Assembly: GCF_006345805.1 (NCBI RefSeq)
Contig: NC_043007.1
Coordinates: 42,904,001 to 42,968,000 of the forward strand
DNA: 64,000 bases
Reading direction: 5' to 3'
Origin: Octopus sinensis
Lineage: Eukaryota
This document shows, one piece after another, positions 1 to 12,524 of the stretch (position 1 is the first letter of the stretch; each line of letters starts with the position of its first letter). The notes beneath the pieces are model-generated. The model made no database searches. It had not been told where the DNA came from and saw only the letters and a program-made list of their open reading frames with translations. The translations under genes were made by a program, and so were the position numbers.

Positions 1-576
1 TGGAAATATGCTGTGCTTGAGAAGACCCAGTAAACCAAGTGAGACCTCGTGGCCTATACCAGGAGTGTAACCAGCACACTTATGTGTACCTTTCCTTCAT
101 TGGACTCTAAACTCTGCTTGTGAAGACCTGTTGAATGCAAGTAAAATCAAATTCGATGACTAACATCTGTGCTAGTGGAGTGCTAAGAGTATCATCTGAA
201 CATGATCATTGCCAGAGCAAGAAACTGGCTTCTGTGCCGGTGGCACGTAAAAAGGACAATTTGAGCATGATCGTTACCTGCGTTACCTGTGACACATGAA
301 AAAACATTCAAGCGAGGTTGTTGCCAGTGCCACTTGACTGGCTCCTGTGCAGGTGGCACATAAAAAGCATCATTTGCACGTGGCTGTTGCCAGTAGCACG
401 TAAAAGCACCCACTACACTCTCGGAGCGGTTGGCATTAGGAAGGGCATCCAACTGTAGAAACTCTGCCAGATCAGATTCGAGCCTGGTGAAGCCATCTGG
501 GTTGCCAGACCTCAGTCAAATCATCCAACCCATGCGAGCATGGAAAGCAGACGTTAAACGATAATGATGATGATGA
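1..576 (+). mobile_element. 3' tail of RTE-type LINE / related SINE tail
   Basis: same tail as 32460-33040 (gagaagacc..aaaagcacc repeats..ggaagggcatcca..ccatgc-agcatgga) ending in (GAT)n. Confidence 0.85.
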
Positions 577-1928
577 TATATATATATATGTAAATTTGAG
601 TGATGTTTCTTTGTCCATTACATTTTTATGTTCGTTAACTCTTCCTAGACGTTGGTGCAAGGACAACGAAACTTAAAGCAGCAACTCCCCTAATCTCAGG
701 GAATGCCCTGAGGGGGTCTACTTTTTTAAGGGCTGCCTAATTATGGCCCCACTGACCCCCCTATTTTTACTGCATTTTAAACTAAGTACATGGCATTGGT
801 GACCAAATCGGTGCAATGATAATGAATTTCATACCATGAACTCCCAGAGAGTATCATAAGGAGGTTCAATTTCTGAAGGGCCACTTAAATGGGGCCCCAC
901 TGACCTAGCCTATTTTTACTGCATTTACCTCACTCCTATGCTTATTGATTAAACTATGATCAGTATCAGTACTTAGCACATTTGCAGAAATAAGTTTGGG
1001 CATTCTAAATACCTTCATGTATATTCAAATCGAGATAAAAGAGTTATAATAGGTACGTTTCAAGTGTGGTAGTGTGGGTATTTATGTTTTGTAGTTTATG
1101 AAACTTATGCTTAGGTGGAAAATTAATCTTCCTGTTCCAGTTACATATTGGTGCTTGGGCCTTCAGCTCCAGAGTTCTAGAGTTTTTTTTCTACCTGAAT
1201 ACCCTACAAAATTCCCAAAAGCCCTCCTCAGGAGCTAGACTGAATACCACCTGAAGGGCAGCTTCAAGGCTAGAAACTTAGCCTTAAATCAAACTAGAAA
1301 CTAGCTGTATGTCTATCAGCTAAGCTGGCAGAAAGCAGTTCAAGGGTTGATACACCAACACACTGTTACAGAGATGGAATTCATGTTACATATTAAATGG
1401 ACAACAAGTTAAAGGGACATGAAGTTTAGGTATGGGTGCAAGAGAAGTATAGGTATTGAGTGTATGGGTATGAGTGTGTGGGTATATGTCAGGCAGGAAG
1501 CTTGGAATGGGGTATTGGACAATTAATACCAAGAGATATATATATACAATGAATGTGTCTGAGTCCACTACAATACACAAGGGTAAAGAGTCACAAAGCA
1601 GCCCGATAGTGGGGCCAAAGACCCCAAAGGTGCCCTCTGCAGGATTTAGCCTGAATGCTACCCAAAGGGCAGCTTCAAGGCTGGTATATATATATATAAG
1701 TACAAAGTGAGATAGGGGTTATGAGTGTAACCCACTATGGGATATCATTTATCCAATATACTGCCAGTGAAGTACCCAAAAGGCTAATACATAAATGCTT
1801 ACAATTGCAATGCAATTACTTCATTTATTGTATTATATGGGCGAAGGTAAAATGTTTTACCTCAAATTCATAATACAAAATAAGAAAATGGAGGAATAAA
1901 TTCCTTTCAATCATCAATTTATAGATAA

Positions 1929-2313
1929 CTAGCAGTATCGCCCGGCGTTGCTCAGGTTTGTAAGGGAAATAACTATAAAGCATTTTCAGAGAGTTATAGC
2001 CAAAAAATAGCAAAAAAATGGAAAAAAATGATGGCAAATTTTTTTTGAGAGTTAAAAAAGGATAAAGTTGCGTCCCCTAGACAGTTTGTGGTTCGTATTT
2101 CTGATTCTCGACCCCATGTCGAATTTATCGATTTTTTTCAGAACTGGGGGAACTTTTCAAAATTTTCGCTGCGTTAGTTTTGAATTATGACATTGGGCTA
2201 TGTGTGTGTCAAGTTTCATCAGAATCGGTTGAAAGCCGTAGTCAGGGTGAGGGTACAAGCAAACAGACACACAGAAACACGCACAGACAAACTGCCGTTT
2301 ATATATAGAGAGA
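1929..2313 (-). mobile_element. non-autonomous Helitron-like element
   Basis: A|TC 5' end at 2313, CTAG|T 3' end at 1929, subterminal hairpin 1941-1956, internal (ACAG)-like microsatellite. Confidence 0.75.
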
Positions 2314-2769
2314 TACCAATTCATATAATTTATTAACTAATTACTTAGGAACATCCAAACACACTCACACACAAACATATACATAAAATTTTTCTTCTAT
2401 TTGATTATAATGCTATGCCCAGATTTTGTCCACATAATATAATATATATCTTTCAGTAACTGCCTTCTCCATTCCTTTCTTATCTCTTGCTCTTTCTTTT
2501 TGTCTCCCCTTCTCATGCTCTCCCCTCATTCTGTGTTTGATCCTTACTTTTCTCACAAGGACTTCCTGATTTTCTGATTCTAATTCTACACCTATGCAAG
2601 CTTCTTTCTTTCTGAACTTGTATTCACTACCGGTATGTACGTGGAAATGAATGACACCACTTGTATGAGGGTAACATTCATTTACAACTATCACATGATA
2701 TCAAGGCAAGGAGATGCCAGCATGGAAAAACGGATATTAAGTGAGGTTATATATATATATATATATATA

Positions 2770-2905
2770 TATGATGAGTTGGTTTCTGTCAACTAAATCC
2801 ACTCACAAGGCTTTGGCTGAGATTATAATAGGAGACACTTGCCCAAAGAACCAAGCAATGGAACTGAACCCCAAGCCACATGGTGGGAAGCAAACTGGAT
2901 TGTAA
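2770..2905 (-). mobile_element. tRNA-derived SINE fragment (family A)
   Basis: reverse complement of the head/body seen at 54225-54360 and 41070-41220. Confidence 0.7.
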
Positions 2906-3414
2906 GATTGAGAACTCTTACAAAGGTCTATAGTTAATGCATTATTTTCAGATGACGTCTTAAACTGAATACCTCATTAAAAAAACAATGACATTATTTG
3001 AAATTAATTGCTGGAGTACAAAGCCATTAAAGTAAACAAATGTTGACCTATATATTTAAACCAAACCTTGATCTTGATGGAAAATCTAATCAAGCTTTGC
3101 TTTAATTAATTAATTACAAAATGTAAGTAATATATAAAGACTGCTGATTGTTTAGAAATACATTTTCATAAGAAGCGAGTCAGTATTTATTTCTACACCA
3201 AGCTTCTATGTTCGAACCATGGATTTTTATTGTTGTTTAGTAACACGTCAGCCCAGATTTAGTAAACCGTGATAATCCAAAGCATTCCAGCCGTGATACT
3301 TTTTTTTCTTTTTTTAATGTCTATCAAGGTCTACATTATCTAAAGTGCCCTTCCTTTTATAAGATGTAGTGAATGCAACTTGACGGAGATAAATAATGAT
3401 GGTTACTGATATCG

Positions 3415-3770
3415 GCACAGGCCCTATATAACTGAGAAACAGACGATTCAGTGGCATTTTATCGACCCAGGAAGGATGAAAGGCAAAGTTGACTTTGGAG
3501 AAATTTGAAGTCGGAACGTAAAGAACTGTAACGAAATACTACAAAGAATGTTGTCCGACACTCGAACATTTCGGCTACCCCACCATCATAAAACTTATTT
3601 ATTTATTATATAGGCCCAACGCCTGATATTTGGAGAGAGAGACAGTAGATCATATCGGTAAAATTACAGATTATATTTTACCATCATATCGAACTCAGTA
3701 CCTGGATTTATCGATTCTGGAAGAATGAAAGGTATCGATGGCATCCGCGAGATCCGAACTCAGAAAGTAT
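3415..3770 (-). mobile_element. two SINE fragments (family B)
   Basis: ttt-atcgaccc..gaaaggcaaagttgac..gaa-ttg motif shared with 27395-27740 and, inverted, 54968-55140. Confidence 0.65.
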
Positions 3771-4125
3771 AAATAATTAATATGTACAGACTTATAACAT
3801 AATCTAGTAGTAAGTTTACAGAGTACTACATAGAGAATAGATCTCAGCTTTTTGTTGGAACCGTTTCTCTTTTAAAATTCCATAAACAAACACTACTAGA
3901 AATAACAGACAAATCGGACATAACACCTTAAATATTTTAATCAGAGCTCACCTGATTTTGCTCAAAATGTTCAAGTTTTATACTCATAAAAAAATTCATA
4001 TTAGAATGTGTGTGTGTTGGGGGATTATGTAGATGAGTAAAGTCTTACTAATTTATTTTTCTTTGAATGGAATAAGCAAAGTGCGTATATATATATATAT
4101 ATATATACAAACCACACACACACAC

Positions 4126-4156
<31 letters not shown>

Positions 4157-5896
4157 TAGGAGCGAATTGTAGAATTGAGACGTAGTTTTACACAAAAAAA
4201 ATTAGATAAAAGTTAAGAATCTATTAGTAGTACTACTTGATAGCTAGAGAGAGAGGAGGAGAGAGAGTGTGTGTGTGTACAAGAGAGAGTCCATCACCAT
4301 GAAAAAATGGCACATCGGTTAAAGTGTGAGAGACGATCAAGAAAGCAGGACAATACTCAGTAGCTTCAGGTTACAAGAGAGAAACCTAAGCCATTACAAA
4401 AGACGAATATAATTCGGTCTGTGTGTATTTAACAGGTAATCTTAAACAGCATTCCTGTAGCAATACAAATGATATTTACAGAATATAATGAGCCTCTATC
4501 TTGAAGTTTGGGACACTATTTGAGGAACGAGAATTCACCAAAGATCAGATTCTTGTAAATAATGTTTACATCAAAGTCACCAAACTGATTGCAAAATATG
4601 AATACCGTGTGAGGCCAGACTACAAATACCTTTGTTTGCCTACAATACTTCACAGAAGGAAGAGGTGAGATATTGTAAATGTCTATTAAAATATTGTCAA
4701 ACAAAATCAACCTCGATAAGCAGAGAATTGTAGAATTCCACTATATATTAAAGTGAAGTCATTCACTTAAGTTATTTAGAAAATAACTGTCAAATGAAGA
4801 AAAAAAGCAACTGTTACAACACGGAATACAAACAAGCGACTACATTAGTTAAATGAGTTAAAACAATTCGGAAATGGTATTAATAACAATTGGGAGAATA
4901 TTGATTGTAAAAGCTTTTTGATAATGGAAAAGACATATTGCAAATTATTACAATAGAGACTATGAGCTCTCCAGCCGTAAAAAAATAAATAAATAAAATT
5001 TAACTGGCTGGAGAAAGCTAGGCTAAAGGGTGTGTTAGGAAGAGTGACATGTGAGAGTAAGCCATTATAGGATAGTAAAAGGCTTGTCTCTCTACAATGA
5101 TGCAAATGGTAGTTGAACGAGAAAATCGGAGTTACAACTCATACAACTTCGCATTTATACACTTCCTATTTGTGGATATAAGTATATATTACCAAGTTTT
5201 TGTACAAAGCCGCTCATTGAAGGTATGTTAACGAAAGCGTTAACTGATTACTTCATAGTCAAGACAGCGTCGCACAAAGCTAGATACCAAATGTAAACAA
5301 CTAACAATGATTAGCATACAATGATAAATATAGTTACCTGTGTGGCTTTGATGACTTTGATCCCTTGTTCTGGTAAACATGTTGTAAGATGAAGAACGCA
5401 AATAAAGAAGAAAATATAAATGCTATAAAAATTGTTCATTGTTAACATCCTCCTGACGCAACGTCAAAACATGATGTAGTCTCGTAATAAATATTACCCA
5501 GCCCCACACTAACAACGTGTCAGTGAGAATACAAAGAAATAAATAAAGAAAAAAGAGAGCGATAGAATAGTCACATTTATTATATTATAAATAAATAAAA
5601 ATTTTAATTACTATGGCACTACTTAATATGAGAGAATTTGCTGACGAATCATGTTAATTCTACGATATACAGCCAGTATGTAAGTCATGATTTGGTGCGG
5701 AGTTAATAATCAATGTCGGCTGGTTGGCAATCGATCGGCTGCTTACGTGATCAATTATTGCTAGCAAGCTCTTACCTTTACGGCTCAGTATTTCCTCGAC
5801 TACAGTCTCTTTCTAACCTCTTTGCAATTTTCGCTTGCTTCTGTTTGATTTCAGTTATTCGGAAAGTGAGGGAAGTAACCCTCAAAATTATCAGTG

Positions 5897-6028
5897 ATGA
5901 GTTTCCTATGTGGAGCGTTTGTTTTCCTTCTTTTGTCGTTTGTGGTGTCCATTCTAGCTAACTTCAGTCCGTTCATGGACAATGAACTCTTTCTCATTAA
6001 TTGGGCTGGACCGCTGCCCATAGAAAAG
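5897..6028 (+). CDS. ERLEC1: ER lectin 1 (XTP3-B) exon 1, signal peptide
   Basis: ATG 5897; MSFLCGAFVFLLLSFVVSILANFSPFMDNELFLINWAGPLPIEK: hydrophobic leader plus F-x-I-N-W-x-G resembling ERLEC1 FRVNWPG; donor GTAAGT, phase 0. Confidence 0.88.
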
Positions 6029-7494
6029 GTAAGTGGATTCCTCTTTGAGAGTATAATAGTTGTCGGTTTGCAATTTGATGCTTCAGGTATAAAATTAAAA
6101 AAGTCGACCGATCAGTCTACCATCCCGAAACATGGAATATAGGAACTTTCGTTTAATTCTGCTTTCTTTTCTCTAGGTTCGATTCCTTACATTTATAACT
6201 GAGAACAAATGAGATATTGTAACGTTCATTCCGTTTCTCAAGACTATAAATTTCCAAGGTATGACAAGCTAAATGGTTGCAGCAAAAAAATCTAAACTTT
6301 GTCGTTGACTGGTCTTCGTATAAACACGCTCAGCATTTTCTTTATAAATTATGTTAAATACTATTAAATACATTTGTGTTCCGAACCTTACTTCGTGGAG
6401 TCACTTAAGAAAACACTATATTTTAGTTTCTTGCAAGAAATTCTTTTGTGTTAATTTCCTACAAATAAGGAAATCTGAAATTATATATGAGTCTATTTTG
6501 GAAGTTTTTAATGTTGTTATGGATATTTTTCTCTTTTAGGAGTATGTAAACTAATAACAATGTTGCAATTAACAAATACTTTTAAGTTACATAATTTGAT
6601 ACGTAAATAAACACCATAAGGACCTCTTCTACCTTGATAAGGAATGTAAAGAAATGATCCGACGAGATAAAAGATGATTATAAAATGTTGCTGGAATAAC
6701 TGTTAGAGCCAAGTTAAATCTTTAAAATGTTATATATATATATAAATATAGATAGATAGATAGATAATGTTGTTTAATGGAGATGAATGAGAAAGGATTA
6801 CTCAATACATGTAGAGGATACTGTTTTTATTATTGAAACTAAGCTATCAACTTCAGTTTTAAATTCTTTAAAAAAAAAAGTTATTTATAAAATGTTATTT
6901 CATCCTACTCCACAATTTTCATCTATCCTTTGATCATTTTCAGATACTCAGTTCTCATCTGTTGCAGATAACATTCCCAGAAGTGATAGCACCTAATATT
7001 ATTCATTCAATGTCTATAGCCACATTGAATGCACATGCACAGGGAGGGAGAGAGAGAGAGAGAGAGAAAATTAAGTTTTACTTCAAGCTAGTAAAATGGC
7101 TACAAAAAGGTATATGACATAGGAAATATAGTGGGACTGTATTATTTGTGCATGTCAAAACTATACAAATAGACTAAAAAAAACAAAGACTGTTTAAATA
7201 TATACAGAGTGAAAACAATCATCTCCTACAAAACATGTCTGAAATACTTTACTTGGAAATTGTCACACTATATGAAGTAAGGCTATACAATTGACATTTT
7301 AGAGAATTATAAATTCAGTTGACAGCAGAAGTACTGGCTAACATTTACCAATGATATGTATTACAGTCTCTATTGGTCAATGAGTCAATGTACCTGTGTC
7401 AAGTTCTACAAGCAATTATAAATGATACATATAATATGAGACTTCATAAAAAAAATTAGCAAAGAAAAAAGATAAATGCTACAAATATATTCAT

Positions 7495-8714
7495 GTGCAG
7501 GCATGGCTGTGTGATAAGAAGCTTAGTTCCTAATCACATAGTTCTGGGTCCAGTCCCACCATGTAGCACCTTGGTAGATGGACCTAATTGATCTGTAGAA
7601 AAGGTGTAGGTAGAAATTCAATAAGATGTACCCAGTGTAAGAGTTGCTGCAATATCACAGGAAGCTTAACAGGGAAAATAGTTTTTGTACATGGGAGGTG
7701 CACAGGTACAATAAACACTAAAAAAATGTAAAGAAAATAGACTCCATCAAATGCCAGGCAGGCGGGTTGAAAAGCTAGAAGTAGTTGATAGTTTCCATTA
7801 TCTAGATGACCAAGTCAGTAGTGGAGGTGGATGCTTTGAGAGCATAGCTGCTAGAATAAGAATAGGCTAGGCAAAGTTCAGAGAGCTCTTACTTCTGTTG
7901 ATGACTAAGGGCTTATTCCTCAGAGAGAAAGACATTGTATGATGCCTGTGTGCAAACAGTCATGCTACACAGCAGTGAAACAAGGGCTGTGACCACTGAG
8001 GACATGTGTAGGCTTGAAAGAAATGAAGCTAGCATACTTCACTTGATGTGCAATGTCAGTGTGCATGTATGATAGAATATAAGCATCTTGAGAGAAAAGT
8101 TGAGCATAAGAGGAATCAATATGTTGTATAAGAGAGACAACTGCGTTGGTATGGTCTTGTGATACATATGGATGAGGACAGCTGTGTAAAGAAGTGCCAA
8201 TCTCAAACTGTGGAGGGAACCTGTGGAAGGGGTAAACTCAGGAAGTCATGGGATGAGGTGGTGAAGCATGATCTTCAAATGTTGGGCCTCACAAAGGCAT
8301 TGGCAAGTGACCAAGACCTTTGACGATATGCTGTGCTTGAGAAGACCTGTCAAGCCAAGTGAAATTGTAGTTGTGGCCGATGCCATTGTTGTATAACTGG
8401 TACCCATACTGGTGGCACGTAAAAAGCACCATTCAATAACAAGTGACCAATACCTTTGGTGATATGTCATATTTGAAAAGACCCATGAAGTGAAGTGAAA
8501 TCATAGTCATGGCTGATGCTGGTGTCATGTGACTGGCATGTAAAACACCCATTACACTCTGGGAGTGGTTGGCAATAGGAAGGGCATCCAGCCATAGAAA
8601 CCATACTAAATCAGATTGAAACCTGGTGTAGCCCAAGAGCTTACCAGTTTCAGTCAAACCATCTAACCCATGCCAGCATAGAAAGCAGATGCTAAATCAT
8701 GATGATGATGATGA
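7495..8714 (+). mobile_element. SINE head fused to RTE LINE 3' region
   Basis: 7495-7574 SINE family A head; 7575 onward matches RTE post-RT region (GRW-C--CRKGVGRNS) through the (GAT)n tail. Confidence 0.8.
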
Positions 8715-8726
8715 TTTTATATATAT

Positions 8727-8778
<52 letters not shown>

Positions 8779-8837
8779 TTAGAGATAAAACCACTATTAG
8801 GCAATTTTTCCCTGTAAGTTTGGATTTATTCCCTAAT

Positions 8838-8868
<31 letters not shown>

Positions 8869-8873
8869 GTGTG

Positions 8874-8930
<57 letters not shown>

Positions 8931-9711
8931 ATAACAAATAGTGAGGTATTGTCAATCTGGGCAACATACTTCGTAAAATCCCTGTTGGCACACCAGGCTA
9001 ACAATACTAGTCAGATTAGTGAAAAACTCCATGTAATTGTTTGGTAGGGTTCCAAGTTATGGTTCACCACAGTTCTATATTGTAACTTTTGGATGGGCTC
9101 CAGATGGACTGGTTTTTACAGAGTGATATATCAGAAACAAGTTAAAATAATGGTCATTACTTATAATTCTTTTATTGGAGCAAATTTAGCTTACAGCTGT
9201 TTCCAGTAGATCATTATAGGTACATCACAGATACGTTTACTCAATTGGTCTTTTGATAACTGAAGTAAAACCACCTAAGAAAATTAATGCTGCTTTCATC
9301 AGAACCTTTTCTCAAAATTACAAGCAGAGCATTTGAGGAATGGCTATTGTGTAGGAAAGGTGGAGGAAGATTGGGAGATTAAAAGAATAAAACAGGAAAA
9401 ACAAAATAAAATAAAATTTTAACCTTATTTTTTAACTTTCATCCAGTATTGGAATCATTACCCAATTGTAGTTGTTTCCTAATTACCGCACGGTTATTTG
9501 TATTGTTATTTCTGTGATTACTTTGGAAGATTATCTTCTTGTTATTTTATTAGTATTATTCATATTGATATTGATGTTGTTGATGTTGATGTCACCTTCG
9601 TTATAATTGTTTTGGTATAACTTTACTCTGCAATCTGAAAGTATTCTCAGTGAATTACTCTGCAAGATTACTCTAATCCTCTACATCTTAGTTTACTATA
9701 ATGCTTTATTT

Positions 9712-9897
9712 AGAAACTTCAGGGCGACGGTTGAGGAAGTATTGGAGGGCTAAGAGACCATCGTTGTGGGGAATCACTGTGTATAGAGATTTGATGTCCA
9801 AGATGAAGAGGAGGTGTGAGATGCTGAGAGGGAAAAAGAAGGAATTGAAGAGGCGAACGGCGTGATTAGTGTCATGTATGTGGGATGGGAGGGCAGC
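9712..9897 (-). mobile_element. Penelope-like element reverse transcriptase fragment
   Basis: LPSHIHDTNHAVRLFNSF..LFILDIKSLYTVIPHNDGLLALQYFL is the PLE RT motif D-x-x-SLYT-x-IP. Confidence 0.85.
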
Positions 9898-10335
9898 CAC
9901 GTACAGGGACGCTGTCAGTAACGTGAAGGTTGGCAATGAGTACAATGAAAAATTCTGTGTAGAAGTAGGGGTCCACCAAGGATCAGCCCTCAGCTCCCTC
10001 TTATTCATCATAGTCCTCCAGCCAATAACAGAAGAATTCAAGACAGGTTGCCCCTGGGAACTCCTCTATGCTGATGACCTGGCCTTCAGAGCAGAATCAC
10101 TACCAGAACTAGAAAAGAAATTTCAGGTGTGGAAGCAAGGTTTAGAATCGAAGGGCCTTAGAGTCAATGTTGCAAAGACCAAAGTTCTAGTAAGTAGGAA
10201 GGCAAACACTTCAGGTAGGTAGCCCTGCTTAATCTGTAGAAAAGGTGTAGGTAGAAACTCCATCAGATGTACCCAGTGTAAGCTATGGACACATAAGAGG
10301 TGCAGCAACACCAAAGGAAGATTAACTGGGAAGAT
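9898..10335 (+). mobile_element. RTE LINE RT fragment
   Basis: GVHQGSALSSLLFIIVLQ..WELLYADDL..GLRVNVAKTKVL. Confidence 0.92.
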
Positions 10336-10610
10336 TGCTCCTTCATACTACCATTTGTTTTGTAGTTTACAGAATCATTTAGAGGACATTACTTTTGCAA
10401 ACCAGGAGGTCAAAACTGACATTTCAGAGTTCTTGGCTTTGAAACCAAAAGAGTTTTACATTGATGGGATTAAAAAGCTTGTAACTACATGAAAGGAAGT
10501 GATAGATAATTAGGGAAACTACATTGATGATTAAATTTCAATTAAATATAACATTTGATCACTTGTTTTCTTTATTCAAAATTTTGACAGAACTTATGGG
10601 ATGACCTGAT
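10336..10610 (+). mobile_element. mariner transposon 3' fragment with right TIR
   Basis: PSYYHLFCSLQNHL...EFYIDGIKKLV and terminal ttatgggatgacctgata resembling the TIR at 58048-58077. Confidence 0.75.
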
Positions 10611-10653
10611 ATATATATATATATATATATAGATATATATATATGTGTGTGTG

Positions 10654-10687
<34 letters not shown>

Positions 10688-11025
10688 CGCGCGCATATGC
10701 ATAAAAATATTTTAAAATTTCGTTAGACATACTAAAATATTATTAAATTTCATTCAATAATTTCAAAAAAGGTAAAATTGGACAGAGCATATGGCATGAC
10801 CTGATATATATATATGTATATGTATAGATATGTGTATATATATATATATTTATGTATCTATCTATTTATATATATATATATATACACATGTATCTATTAT
10901 ATATATATACACACATGTATCTATTGATATATATATATATGTAGGTCCCGGGTTGATTCGGGTTAACCACAGTAAATAAGGTACTCAATACATAGCAGAG
11001 TAAAATTAATTTATTATATAGAAGG

Positions 11026-11076
11026 AGCTTCTACAGGACTAGAACTGTTTCATTCAAGAGAAATCTTCAGGAAGCT
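11026..11076 (-). ncRNA. type I hammerhead ribozyme motif, mirror copy
   Basis: exact reverse complement of 12388-12438. Confidence 0.7.
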
Positions 11077-12387
11077 AGTTAACAAGAATTGTATTGGCAT
11101 TTATACATTTAGGCAGGTTTAAAGGGGTGTTGGTGGGGGACTTTTTTGGGGGTAGGCATAGCGCAAAAATCATACTTGGGGGAGTGGTCAGGGAGTAGTG
11201 TTAAATTAGATAGGAGAATAAATAAAAAATAAAAAATAAAAATAAAAAATATAAAATATAAAATATAAAATAAAAATAGAAAATAAAAAAATATCAAAAA
11301 TAAAAAATAAAATAAAAAAATAATAAAATAAAAAATAAAAAATAAAATATATATATATATATTATATATATATATATATATAAAGGGGGGGAAAAAGAGT
11401 TTTAGGTAAATAAGGAGATTCTCACTTACCTCTACACATACACACATATATATACAATCACACATACATATACATATCTACACATACACATATATATGTA
11501 TACATACACACACTCACTTGCATACACGTATACACACATGTATAATATACACACACCACGACAACACATACATATACACACAGAAAAATATATATATACA
11601 CATACACCACATCCACTCACATACACGCATACACACACAATATCCATACACACATGCACACACAGCACACTAGTCCCTATATACACATATATACCATACA
11701 CACATATATATACACCCACACATACACACACATGTGTATGTGTATGTATGTGTATGTGTGGGTGTATATATATGTGTGTATGTGTATATATGTGTATATA
11801 GGGACTAGTGTGCTGTGTGTGCATGTGTGTGTATGGATTTTTGTGTGTATGCGTGTATGTGAGTGGATGTGTGTGTATGTGTATATATATATATATTTTT
11901 CTGTGTGCATATGTATGTGTGGTCGTGTGTGTATATATACATGTGTGTATACGTGTATGCAAGTGAGTGTGTGTATGTATACATATATATGTGTATGTGT
12001 AGATATGTATATGTATGTGTGATTGTATATATATATGTGTGTATGTGTAGAGGTATAAGTGAGAATCTCCTTATTTACCTAAAACTCTTTTTCCTCCCCC
12101 CTTTATATATATATATATATATATTTTTTTTTTATTTTTTTTTTTATTATTTTTTTATTTATTTTTTATTTTTTTATATTTTTTTATTTCTATTTTTTAT
12201 TTTTATATTTTTTTATTTTATTTTTTATTTTTTATTTTTTATTTATTCTCCTATCTAATTTAACACTGACTCCCTGACCCTCCCCCAAGTATGATTTTTT
12301 GCGCTATGCCTACCCCCAAAAAAGTCCCCCACCAACACCCCTTTAACCTGCCTAAATGTATAAATGCCAATACAATTCTTGTTAACT

Positions 12388-12438
12388 AGCTTCCTGAAGA
12401 TTTCTCTTGAATGAAACAGTTCTAGTCCTGTAGAAGCT
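12388..12438 (+). ncRNA. type I hammerhead ribozyme motif (PLE-type)
   Basis: agcttc CTGAAGA t-ttc-tctt-gaa-t GAAA cag-ttctagtc-ctg TA gaagct: stem I 6 bp, core CUGANGA/GAAA, stem III, GUA cleavage triplet; U.U at first stem II pair. Confidence 0.7.
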
Positions 12439-12524
12439 CCTTCTATATAATAAATTAAGATATATATATATATATATACACATATGTATCTATAATTACA
12501 TATATAATTATATATTTATGTTCC

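Larger units (their letters stand above)
11006..12458. repeat. 1453-bp spacerless inverted repeat (palindrome), Penelope pLTR-like arms
   Basis: ttaatttattatatagaaggagc at 11006 is the reverse complement of 12436-12458; symmetry runs inward to centre CA|TG at 11732/11733. Confidence 0.95.

Noticed and set aside
4481-4664. AG..GT-bounded segment containing a 57-codon open frame
   Set aside because: All three frames hit stops from the acceptor; no homology recognised
3952-5380. Possible divergent gene: CAAC-ATG at 5380 with donor at 5338, and another donor at 3952 (- strand)
   Set aside because: No in-frame acceptor links them and no recognisable protein; cannot be supported without RNA data
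7495-7574. tRNA-like A/B-box sequences here and in other SINE heads
   Set aside because: SINE-derived; no complete cloverleaf, so no tRNA gene is called
9165-9240. GAAACAGCTGTA hammerhead-like motif on the - strand
   Set aside because: No CUGANGA core or stem I pairing could be found in this copy
11109-12258. Many 60-176 aa ORFs rich in H/T/Y/I or C/V/M
   Set aside because: Translations of CA/TA microsatellites; same for ORFs at 8774-9047, 13630-14568, 15823-16122 and 20030-20368
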